DNA of 64,000 bases from the human T2T-CHM13v2.0 reference genome, Homo sapiens. Made by a program: the position numbers and the translations under genes. Positions 28,358 to 40,656 of the stretch are shown here, one piece after another. Under the pieces are notes generated by a model. It did no database searches. It was not told where the DNA came from and saw nothing but the letters and a program-made list of their open reading frames with translations. Location of the stretch: assembly GCF_009914755.1 (NCBI RefSeq), contig NC_060936.1. The stretch is one strand, 5' to 3'. Numbering within the stretch: position 1 is the first letter of the stretch; the number at the start of each line of letters is the position of its first letter.

Positions 28358-28728
28358 TGGGTGACAATGTCATGTTGAGATTGTCAGTGTTTTGGAAAGG
28401 TCATTTTCCAGGTGCTACTGCTCCAGTCCCCTAATTTGTCATAACTGATGTGATAGACAGACAGATTTTACCATTTGCTTAAGTGTGTGTTAAATCTTCC
28501 ATATAATAGGCTGATAGCAACCCTGTTCAAGAGCTTGAGTGTTCGTACTTTTTATTGTTTCTTATCTTTGTGGGCATTTTCTGCTTCCTCAGAGGCTTTT
28601 TTTCCCAAAGTGACTTTTTTTTTTTCTTTTTCTTTGGCTTCCTTGACCTTCTTTATAGCATAAAGCTCTTAGTTTGCAATTTATTTCAAGGCCACCGTTG
28701 CTACCCTCAGTTACGCCATTTTGTCTGT
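28358..28728 (-). pseudogene. Candidate 371-nt pseudo-exon, phase 1 to phase 1 after restoring one A
   Basis: Branch-like ctctaac...catacacag|AC...CCCA|gtgagt. Adding one A in an A-run gives a 372-nt symmetric exon with 4 stops in ~123 codons: RQNGVTEGSNGGLEINCKLRALCYKEGQGSQRKRKKKSHFGKKKPLRKQKMPTK... Confidence 0.6.
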
Positions 28729-28882
28729 CTGTGTATGTGTGTATGTTTGTTAGAGTGGAGGAGAGGGTGGAGAAGGAGTAGAAATGTGTAACTTATTCTG
28801 AAATGAGTTATAGTTTACAAGTATTTTCAAATCTTTGAGAAAATAAATAACTTACAAACTTAATGACCTATTTCATCTATAC

Positions 28883-30236
28883 CTTGTCCTCATCTGAACA
28901 TGTGAGATGGATTTAAAAAGATAAAATACTTCCCCTGACCCTAGAGGAGCAAAAAACTATATGGCATACAACAAACACCTGTCTGATATTATTGTTGATG
29001 ACATTTGTCCAGCTAAATAAAGCTTATTTTTCTCAGGCCACAAATGTATTTCTCAAATCCTGGAAAAATGAACAGCAAAAAATAATTCTCTATTCTCCCA
29101 TCTTCAAAGGCACATGTCTTAAAGTGTAAGTTTTCCTTTAATGAAAACATAGTAAATGGTATTTCTTTAAAATGATTAGCTGAACAATGTTTGACTATGA
29201 AACTATAAGAAAGGTTAAGTGTTTTTGTTTGTTTAAGTGATTGATTTAAGAATTTCAGGACACAGTAGGTTGTTTTTGTCATTAAAAATGTTTCCCAACA
29301 AAGCAAGTATGCAAGACTTTAGTTAACTCTTTTTCATATCCACAAACTTCTGTTAAAAAAAGAGTTGGGATACTTTTGTCTGTATTTCTCTATTTGAGTT
29401 CATTTACAACCAGTATTGTCCAAATGTAAGAACAATCTGTTGGCCTACAAGACATCAGACAAATCCTGTAATATTCAATACAAAAAGTTTTTATATTTTT
29501 TGAAGCAAAATGTTGCATGCCATGAGATATAAAGAGATTGTACTTCCAGGACAACTAGCATTCAATTCTATGTCTAGAATTCAGTGAGAATTACATGTAT
29601 GTTTATTGCAGCACTATTTACAACAGCAAACACTTGGAACCAACCCAAATGCCCATCAATGATAGACTGGATAAAGAAAATGTGGCTCATATACACCATG
29701 GAATACTATGCAGCCATAAAAAGGAATGAATTCATGTCCTCTGCAGGGACATGGATGAAGCTGGAAGCCGTCATCCTCAGCAAACTAACACAGGAACAGA
29801 AAACCAAACGCCACGTGTTCTCACTCATAAGTGGGAATTGAGAACACATGGACACAGGGAGGGGAACGTCACATACTGGGGCCTGTCGGGTGATGCAGGA
29901 CAAGGGGAGGGAGGACATTAGGACAAATACCTAATGCATACAGGGCATAAAGCCTGGATGATGGGTTGATAAGTGCAGCAAACCACCATGGCCACATGTA
30001 TCCTATGTAACAAACCTGCACATTCTGCACATGTATCCCAAAACTTAAAGTCAAATGCAAAAAAAAACTAAATGCCTCTAACAAGACCAAAAAAGAATTA
30101 TGAGTGAGTTATAAACCTTGGTAATGTGTTTTCTGCCCCCAATTTCAGTTTCTTATTATAATGTGCATCCATAGTTCTTATAAGCTTTTTAAAAGAAAGT
30201 CCCTATTTTAAAAGTGTAACCTAAAATAGCTCATAC
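28883..30236 (-). pseudogene. Candidate large pseudo-exon (~850 nt without the L1) split by an L1PA insertion
   Basis: Acceptor cattttctcag| near 30237 and donor CAAG|gtatag at 28882. One frame reads through the reconstructed empty L1 site; a second frame, 29306-28883, has 4 stops in 141 codons and ends in phase 1, matching the next exon. Confidence 0.6.
29594..30093 (+). mobile_element. 5'-truncated L1PA (PA8-like) 3' fragment
   Basis: ORF2 C-terminus (CMFIAALFT...[17 protein letters not shown]) plus 3'UTR and A-rich tail; TSD agaatta. Confidence 0.92.
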
Positions 30237-31194
30237 CTGAGAAAATGCTTGCTATTGTTTTAAACAGTTAAAGAGACATGACTCAGCTTATTCTCATTTA
30301 GCTAGTATTTTATCCAACAGCTTAAAAATAAAAAACTAATTTTTAATAAGATACAGAAAAAGGAGATTTTTTTGCCTGAGCATAATTGGGAACAGAAGAA
30401 TGGGAAAGCAGAAATAAACAATGCTGAACAAAAGCTAAAGTAGAGAATAGAAGAGGAAAACAAATAGAAAGCTATAGTTCAATTTGGGATTTCATATCAC
30501 TGTAGAAGAGGTGCATGGCTGCTAAATACCTAAAAATACATGTAATAAAAATGTTTGTTTTTCCATCTGTCCTTGCTCTTCCCTCTCTCTTCATTCATTA
30601 AAAATGGAAGACAAACTAGGTAGAAATGCTGCATTACCATGGGGGTCAGCAAAGTCCTGATCATCAAACCTAGCACAGATTGGGGTTATGGGAAGGTTAA
30701 GTAGTAAAATGGGAGAAAATTAACTTGTCAGGAAAAGGCTGTGAAGCTGGCTGGTGAAGGTTGTTAGGTCTCTGTGCATGGTTACAGCACACTGACTCAG
30801 GTGCATCAAGCAGGGAGAAGGTCACACCCCTTGAGGCTGGATGACAATCTGCCGATTTAGACACTAGCCCTGGGTCATCCTAGTTTTACTAAGTAATATC
30901 TCAAACTGGGAGTTGTCTGACAAGGTGTGTATATGAGGATAAATTCCAGTCAAATGCATTCCAGAAACAACTTCTTTTTCTGTTCTGTTAACTGCAGGAC
31001 ATTTGTTTAATTAGATAATGTGCAATGAAATGCAAGAAAATGCCTATTGCTGAATAGTCATGAGAAGAGAAAAAATATTTGCCTTTCTTTTTTAAAACAC
31101 AGGATGTTAAATTCTCTTTAGTTAAGATGGTAACTTATTTTCATGTTCCATATCTAAATGTATCTCTTTGAAGCACAGGTAGATTTTTTTAAAG

Positions 31195-32600
31195 TACAAC
31201 CTATTAGATTGGCAAAAATGAAGACTTTTAAAACATAATATATTTGGTAAGGCTGAGGGAGCTAGGTAGTGTCAAATACTGCTGATGGGAAAGCAAACTG
31301 TTACATCACCTATGAAACGAAATTTAGCACTACACAGCAAAATTGTATGTGAATATAAGATCTCATTTCTAAAAATCACCCCTAAAATACACTGCAAAAA
31401 ATACAAAGACAGATAATCATGAAGCTATTCACTGCAGGCTTATTTGTGATAGCAGAAGACTGGAAACAACTCATATGTCCTTAGTAGGGTTCCAGTTGAA
31501 TAAGCAATGGTACAGTCAAACAAAGGAGCATGCAGTTCTGAAAGAACAGGAGAAATATTTTTATACATTGCTGTGCAACTATCTCCAAATTTATTATTAG
31601 GTGAAAAAAGCAAAAAGGAGAAGGCATGTATTGTACGCATCTACTAATTTAATAAGGAGGTGAGATTAAAATACACATGTATTTTTTCATACTGCAAATA
31701 AATCAACATTGAAATACAAAGTTACTGATGGGGAAAGGAGGAGGAAGTGGAAAGGACAGAAATAAAAGTTAGATTTTCCTGAATGTATCTTCTTTTGCAG
31801 ATTTGATTTTGTCACTATGTAAATATTTTACATTACTAATTACGTTAAATCTTTAAAATGGAATTCTTAACAAAAAGGAGCAAATAAATCTAACTGCATG
31901 GAGGTAGTGACACAACCACACAGGGAAGAGTTATTTCAAGTGACTTTGGCATAGCATAGTTTGATTATTTATTCATTATGAGACAGACATACCTGAAAAA
32001 CAAAACTTTGGGTATAGGAAATTTGGGTATAAAAATTACTTTTACTATTTTTATTGTTGGTATTTATTCTGAGATTATTTGCTACCTTTGTGGAATTGAA
32101 CATATATTTCATTATGTTGGTATTACTGGTAATTAGTATTTTTAGCATGGGGGAAGGAGATAGGGACACAAGATCAATGAGGTGAGTAAAAACTCTGTAG
32201 CTCTGAATTTGCATTTGAAATATCAGAAGGAAGGAACTCATACTGCATTTTATCCTAAAAGGAACCACAGCTTTTAGAGAAACGAAGGATTCTGTTTCTG
32301 GAATGAGAAATGTTCAAGATGAGCCTGGAATATCATGCCATGCCAGGAAGTAAAGAGACTTTCAAAACCTGTGGAGTTGTATCAAAAGAACTAAGGTGTA
32401 ATTTAACGAGTCTTTCACTTGTCAAGATAATGAATTTATACATGAGTGGAAACAGTAACTGTAATGATTGGAATATATAAAATGTATTAATTTCCATGAA
32501 TTCATAATAATAATAAAGATAAAATGGATTGGATCAACTTTGTTGGATGCTGTAACAATGAATTTTAGCAAAAAGTGATAAAGAAATGTATCAAACTGCA
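31195..32600 (+). mobile_element. Ancient L1M (MC/ME-like) 3' remnant
   Basis: 'cctattagattggcaaaaat...tatttgtgatagcagaagactggaaacaac'; further pieces likely to ~35690; boundaries approximate. Confidence 0.65.
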
Positions 32601-33009
32601 TTTTCCAAGACGATAGCCACAAGATTTACCGTCTCATGTGATCGTACAATGTAAATTTTCATTCTTCCCACTGGGGTGTGTGGTCCATGCTCCCTCCCCT
32701 AAATTTGGTGGACCTGTGATTTTGGTCTGTGATTTCCAAGACTAGGTCATAAAATATGATACAGCTGTTATTCTTAAAAATCAACCACTATGCTGGAGAA
32801 AGCCACTGGCTAGAGTGGAAGTGGACATGTGTAGGTGTTTCAGATGACAAACCCACTTGAAATCTTCCATACAGGTGAGTAAGGATGAGCCTTCAAGATG
32901 ACTTCAGCCCCAGTCACGGTCTGACTGCAACCATATGAGAAACTCCAAGTGTGAATCAACTACCTGAATGCAGAACTGTGAGAGATAATAGTAACATAAT
33001 TGGTATTGG

Positions 33010-33305
33010 GTTTTTGTTTGTTTTGTTTTTTGAGACAGGGTTTCCCTCTGTCACCCAGGCTGAAGTGCAGTGAGCAGTTATGGCTCACTGGAGCCTTGAC
33101 TCCCAGGCTCAAGTGGTACTCCCACTTCAGTGTCCTGAGTAGCTGGAAGGTACAAGCCACTATGCCTGGCTAATTTTTGTATTTTTTGTAGAGATAGGGT
33201 CTTGCTCTGTTACCCAGGCTGTTCTCAAACTCTTGGGCTCAAACAATCTTTCAGCCTCAGCCACTCAAAGTGTTGAGATTATAGACATGAGCCACCACAC
33301 CTGGC
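33010..33305 (-). mobile_element. AluJ nested in an MLT1-like LTR (~32600-33360)
   Basis: Antisense Alu with 'ggctcaagtgg'/'gggctcaaacaatc'; tggtattg flanks. Confidence 0.85.
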
Positions 33306-33511
33306 ATGGTATTGTTTTAAAGTACTAAGTTTTGGGGTGTGTTAGCCACAGGTAACTGCAATATATTAGGGGGAAATCAAGCATTTGTTGTGCTTTTCCT
33401 ATACAACAAGTAAGTGACAAGAATAAATTTTTAAATCTGTATTTTATCTAATAAATGTAGAAAAATGGTAGAATTTGAATATCATCGTGAATAGATTCAG
33501 GCAATGATCAC

Positions 33512-35149
33512 TATATTAGTCCGTTTTCATGCTACTGTTAAAGATGTACTCAAGACTGGGCAATTTATAAAAGGAAGAGGTTTAATTGGACTTACAGTTC
33601 CACGTGGCTGGAGAAGCCTCAGAATCTTGGTGGAAGGCAAGGAGGAGCAAGTCACATCTTACCTGGATGGCAGCAGGCAAAGAGAGAGAGCTTGTGCAGG
33701 GTAACTCCTCTTTCTAAAACCATCAGATCTCACTATCACAAGAACAGCATGGAAAAGACTTGCCCCCATGATTCAATTACCTCCCACTGGGTCCCTCCCA
33801 CAACATGTGGGAATTCAACATGAGATTTTGGTGGGGACACAGCCAAATCATATCATTCTGCCTCTGGCCCCTTCCAAATCTCATATCTTCACAGTTCAAA
33901 ATCAATCACGCCTTTTCAACAGTCTCCTAGAGCCTCAACTAATTTCAGCATTAACTCAAAAGTCCACAGTCCAAAGTCTCATGCAAGACAAGGTAAGTCA
34001 CTTACACCCACGAGTCTGTAAAAGCAAGTTAATTACTTCCTAGATGCAATGGGGGGTACAGGCACTCCAAATGGGAGAAATTGGACAAAACAAAGGGGAT
34101 ACAGGCCCCATCCAAGTCCCAAATCCATGGGGCAATCAAGTCTTAAAGCTACAAAATGATCTATTTTGACTCCATGTCTCACATTCAGGTCACACTGACG
34201 CAAGAGGTGGGTTCCCGTGGTCTTGGGCAGCTCCACCCCATGGCTTTGCAGGGTACTGCCTCCCTCCTCCCTCCTGAGTGCTTTCATGAGCTGGCATTGA
34301 GTGTCTGCAGCTTTTCCAGGAACATGGAGAAGCTGTCAGTGGATCTACAATTCTGGGGTCTGAAGGACTGAATGCTTTTAACAGCACCCAAGTCTTATGT
34401 TGAATGCTTTGCTGCTTAAAAATTTCTTCCACCAGATACCCTAAAATCATCTCTCTCAAGTTCAAATTTCTGCAAATCTCTAGGGCAGGGCAAAATGCCA
34501 CCAGTCTCTTTGCTAAAACATAACAAGAGTCACCTTTGTTCCAGTTCTCAACAAGTTCCTCATCTCCGCCTGAGACCACCTGAGCCTGGATTTCATTGTC
34601 CTTATCATTATCAGCATTTTGGTCAAAGCTATTCCATAAGTCTCTAGGAAGATCCAACTTTCCCAAGTTTTCCTGTCTTCTTTTGATCCCTCCAAACCTG
34701 TTTCAACCTCTGCCTGTTACCCAGTTCCAAAGTTGCTTCCATACTTTTGGGCATCTTTTCATCAATGCCCCACTCTCCTGATACCAATTTACTGTATTAG
34801 TCAGTTTTCACTCCACTGATTAGGATATACTCGACACTGGGCAATTTACAAAATACATAGGTTTAATTGGACATAAAGTTCCACATGGCTGGGGAAGTCT
34901 CACACTCATGGCAGAAGGCACAGAAGAGCAAGTCACATCTTACATGGGTGGCAGCATGCAACAAGAGAGAACTTGTACAGGGGAACTCTTCTTTTTAAAA
35001 CCATCAGATCTCATGAGACTTATTCACTATCACAAGAACAGCATGGGAAAGACTTGCTCCCGTGATTTAATTACCTCCCACCAGGTGCCTCCCACAACAC
35101 GTGGGAATTCAAGGTGAGATTTGGGTGGGGACGCAGACAAACTTTAACA
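33512..35149 (-). mobile_element. Two-LTR THE1B-like element with internal deletion
   Basis: LTR ~33512-33855, shortened internal region, LTR ~34793-35149; THE1B-type 'aaggcaaggaggagcaagtcacatcttac'. Confidence 0.9.
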
Positions 35150-35679
35150 TCACAAAAAGAGACAACACAAGGTTACATGGCTCCTGATGGAATTATACAC
35201 TGCCACCTATGAAACATCCTGTGGGAAATACTGGGGACAGAGCGGCATATTAATTCTGAGATATAATCAGCAAATTTCAGGGCATAAAAAATATTAATAA
35301 CAAAAGATCTGATCTCTTAAATGAATTTCAAGGGAAGAAAGAGGGAAGAAAACCGGTAGTTTAAAACAGTGATAACCAATTGCAATAGACCCTATTTTTA
35401 TTCTGATTCAGCAAAATAAGCCTTAAAAATATGAGACAGAATATTTGATGATTTAAAGTCATTTTTAGTATTTGAAGAAAGGTAATGATATTGTGGTTGT
35501 ATCACAAAAAGAATCCTTATGTTTGGAAATACATATTGAAATGGTTTGATGTTTAAGATTTGCTGCAATGTAATCTAGGGCAGGTCAGGAACATAGATGG
35601 AGTACAACTGGCCATGTGTTGGTAATGGTGGAAACTGAGTCATGGGCATATGTAGGTGCTTTATATTATTCTTCTTTGA

Positions 35680-35998
<319 letters not shown>

Positions 35999-36483
35999 TT
36001 GAATTTTCTCATTATGCAAAATTTAAAATGTGCACTTGAAGTGCTGAATGCTAATCCTGGGTCTGTGATCTCTTGGGCAGTCTCTTCATTATCCACATTA
36101 TGATATGCCCAGTTGGTGAACCAGAGTAGGTGAACTTGGCTATACAAAAGCCTAAAGTGATTTCCTACATGGGTGGGGCAGGGGGAACCTCTTAAATATT
36201 ACATTTCTCCTTCTTCCAGTGATTTCTATCTAATTATAAAACTAAGTTAAGATGAAAAGTCTAGGCATGAAAACAAAATAAAACTAGCAAACAAATGAAA
36301 ACATTGCTTCAAAACCGAGCAAATTATCAGAAGCAGTATAGTGGGAAGAGTGTATTGCTGGGTTCAGTGAAACAGGATTTTTTTCCAACTAATAAAGTAA
36401 GTGACCATAGGCAAGTTATGTAATCCTGTAGCCTCATTTACCTTATTTGTTCAGGTGGACTATTTGTGATACAATCTCTGTAG

Positions 36484-36575
36484 AATGCAATCCAATCCAG
36501 CTCAGCTCAGCTCAGCTTAGTCCAACTCAACTCAACTCATTTCAGTCCAGTTTTGTTCTGTTCTATTTTATTTTA
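36484..36575. repeat. Drifting 5-bp-period simple repeat
   Basis: aatgc aatcc aatcc agctc agctc agctc agctt agtcc aactc aactc aactc atttc agtcc agttt tgttc tgttc tattt tattt. Confidence 0.8.
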
Positions 36576-36691
36576 TAATTTTTTTGGTTTCAAAATACAA
36601 ATTGCAATAAATTGTTGAGTCCATCCTGCCTAGAAATGGCATTTGCTGGTAGGGGTGTTGGGAGCATTCTTATTCTAAAGAATAATCTCAG

Positions 36692-37173
36692 GAGAGGCCA
36701 GGATGGCGATTTAGAAAGAGATGCGGTCCGTGGTACTCATGAAGAGAAGAGTGAATTCTACACCTTCAACTGAAATATCCAGGTTCTTGCATTGGGACTG
36801 ACATAGGCAAACAGCTCGACCCACAGAAAGCGAAGAAAAGCAAGGTATGGCGACAGCACAAGCGGGAGCAGCATGGAATCAAAGGAACTCCTATCCTCAG
36901 CCAAGGGAAGTGATGAGTGATTATATGATCCTGCCCAGGAAACCACGCTTCTCCTATGGATCTTTGCAACCAGCAGATCAAGAGATTCCCTCATAAACCC
37001 ATGCTACCAGGGTTTTGGTCAGATACACAGAGCTGTGTGGAGTCCCAGCAGATCAGCCGCTTGGGCACACACAGAGACCCGGGAGTTTAGCATACTCCAG
37101 CCCTGGGATTCCCAACAAGGTGGGAGGCCCACCGGTACATTCTCCTAGGAGGGACACTGAATCCAGAAAGCCA
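36692..37173 (+). mobile_element. Isolated L1 5'UTR fragment (older L1PA/L1P type)
   Basis: 'gaggccaggatggcga...accttcaactgaaatatccaggttcttgcattgggactgac' resembles the L1PA13-16 5' end; no ORF1 follows. Confidence 0.75.
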
Positions 37174-37299
37174 AGGCTGCTGCTTTCAATCAGAGGCCTG
37201 CAAATGACCAGTTCGGTCTGAGACTGGGTTAATCTTTCTCTTTTTTATGTTTTAGCATTACAAATAAGCAAACTAAGTTTCAGAAACATGGCCAGATCA

Positions 37300-37771
<472 letters not shown>

Positions 37772-40153
37772 TTAAATTAGAGCACATGTGCTTGCTAATA
37801 CTTAATCCCAGCATTCGGCGGATTTGCATGCACAGGACTGGGGCAGGCCTTTCACTCTCATCCCTCCACACTCCACTTTCCTTCCTCACCTTCTGTCTAG
37901 ACTATAGGGCAAACTAAGGAGAAGGCTTGCTCCTGAAAGTAGCTTATGCTCACGATTAAAATAGAGCAGAGGGGATGACCACACCAGGCTTAGCCTTCCC
38001 CAATTTGCCAGTCAGCTTCCTCTAGGGCTGAGTGAATGAAAGGTCACAGAGAGGATTCCTGATAACTCTAATGTCTCTGCCTACACATGGAAGGAAACAT
38101 CCAGAGTGGGGAAGAATCATTCACCCCTATATTCCCCAGATTAATTTTTCTTTTCACCCATTAAACTCATGCTCAGCCTTCAGAGGAGGAGATGCACAAG
38201 TTTCAGGATAATTTTACTCTGATTTTCATGAAGTTGTTCTCCAAATTCCTAAATCAAATTCACTGGATTACCTTGGTATTCCTGGACCACTGTAGAATTT
38301 GCCTCTAGAATGCCCTGAAATTGATATGTACATTACATTATGTATATAAACTTTAAGGCCAGTCTCAATCCAAAGTTAAAAATTCATTCTCTATTTTCTT
38401 TCAATTTCCAAATTATGTCCAGCTACATTTTTCAACAGCATGCCAGAGGTTTTTCAATGAGATTTAATGACAAAAAGGAAGAAAGCATTAAATTTCTCTA
38501 GTAGCAAGATGCCAACACCATCAAAATATCCCAGATCTGAATATAAAGGGTTTATAAAGTATTATACAAATCCCAGGACAAAACTGAAGTTCAAAGATGA
38601 AATCTCTTTTCAAGTTAAAGCCAAAATGAAGTTCAAATAAATTTAAGTTCAATATCAAATTATTTTCCCCTTTGGAGTTAAATGTTAGAAGTTTAAAAAA
38701 TTTATAAATTGTAATTAAGACCTCAAACTATCCTCCCAAATTTATCATTCAGCTTAGTCCTAGTCAGGGCAATTCTGAATGCCTGTGTGAAGTTGGTCTT
38801 CTTTCAGCAGCTGCCTTCTGAGATGTACATCACAGAAATAGGTGCAGTTCCTTCATTTAGGGCTTCAAAATTTGTAATGTCAAGTCTCTGATGCACCTGA
38901 CTTTAAGGAATCCAAAGGATGAATAAGAAATAAGAGATTATTATAACATTGGCTCCATGCCTACCAAATTTAAAAAACAAACTGATCTCTAGTGCCTATA
39001 TTAATCATCTCTTGCAAACTATTTTTCCAGAAGCCAATGTTACCAAAGACCAAAGCAGTGACTCAGTGTTCTCTGAGAAAAGGGGAAAAGGATGCAGATA
39101 AATCCATGCTAGTTGTCTGCAATCCTTAACCTATACAATTAAATTCCACTGGGATGGATCTTTCCGCAAGAGGCTAATTTAGGCACCACAGATTTGCCTG
39201 TCTGGGGTAGGGAGGGTCCACCTGTGTATCTTGCTTTCTCTCTTAGAGTGACAAAGAGCCACTGCTGCTTTCCCACAAAGTTCAGAAATTTGCATTCTTG
39301 AGAGTACAAAATACCAGGTCTTAGCTAAAGTGCCTTTCTGGTCACTCAGAAGTATATTCAAAACCTCTGGATTTCTACTACCTCTAGAAATGGGTAGGGA
39401 CTGTATGCACTGTCATAGCATTGTCTTTCTTTAAGGAGCAGGTGTTCATTCCTGGGCTACTATTGTTGCTGCTATGTCCTTTTATATAAATCATATTTGG
39501 GCACCCAAAACTTGTTTCCCTGAGAATGTTTCTCATTTTAATTATAATTTTATAATAAAATTATAAATAAAACCAGTCTAGAATCAAAGTGAATTTGTGG
39601 ACAAGCCTCACAAATCCAAAGCTAATATTGACGTTTTCTCCTTTTTGGGCTTTGAAAATAATTCAAAACGTAAAAGCAAGAATAATTTAGGAAGCCTACA
39701 CAGGCCTGGCACTAACAATTTAAAGGCAGAGCTTCAATAGTACTAGTAAAACTAGAAGAACTCAACGCCCTGTCATTCTAGATCAGCAAATATTCTGTCC
39801 AACAATGCCTGCAAAGTCTGAAAAGACCTGTAACAACTGAACTTTGCCTTGACCACAACTACTTTCAAAAAGTTGTGTTTGTTCTATATAATGACTGGGT
39901 CACCTGCAACTTGCTGAGAGCTTCCTATTTTGTCCCTATTGTTAGGTCCCCAAGGCTACCAAGGATTTGACTGAGGCCAGAGTCCTTAATCAAGGCCAAC
40001 ACCCTTTGCCTAAGTCCTGGTCTCTAAAAAACCCAGTCATTTACATGTGGACGAAGCTGCTATAACCTATTTTGACCCAATGACATCAAAATATTATGTT
40101 CCCAAAGACTTAACATCTCTTTTTTATGTCATAGTATTTAAAAGCTAGTCTCA

Positions 40154-40656
40154 CATGCACACGTATGTTTATTGCAGCACTATTCACAATAGCAAAGACT
40201 TGGAACCAACCCAAATGTCCAACAATGATAGACTGGATTAAGAAAATGTGGCACATATACACCATGGAATACTATGCAGCCATAAAAAAGGATGAGTTCA
40301 TGTACTTTGTAGGGACATGGATGAAGCTAGAAACCATCATTCTGAGCAAACTATTGCAAGTATGGAAAACCAAACACCACAAGTTCTCACTCATAGGTGG
40401 GAAGTGATCAATGAGAACACTTGGACACCGGTTGGGGAACATCACACACCAGGGCCTGTCGTGGGGTGGGGGGAAGGGGGAGGGATAGCATTAGGAGATA
40501 TATCTAATGTAAATGACGAGTTAACGGGTGCAGCACACCAACATGGCACATGTATACATGTGTAACAAACCTGCACGTTGTGCACATGTACCCTAGAACT
40601 TAAAGTATAATAATAAAAAAGTTAAAAAAATATAAATATAAAATGAAAAATAAATA
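40154..40656 (+). mobile_element. 5'-truncated L1PA 3' fragment (PA5/6-like)
   Basis: ORF2 C-terminal peptide [29 protein letters not shown] plus 3'UTR; TSD aa(g/a)ctagtctca. Confidence 0.93.

Noticed and set aside
28710-28725. YY1-like CGCCATTTT / ATGGCG as a promoter or start codon
   Set aside because: ATG GCG is followed immediately by TAA, there is no CpG island, and the site is better explained as part of the candidate pseudo-exon.
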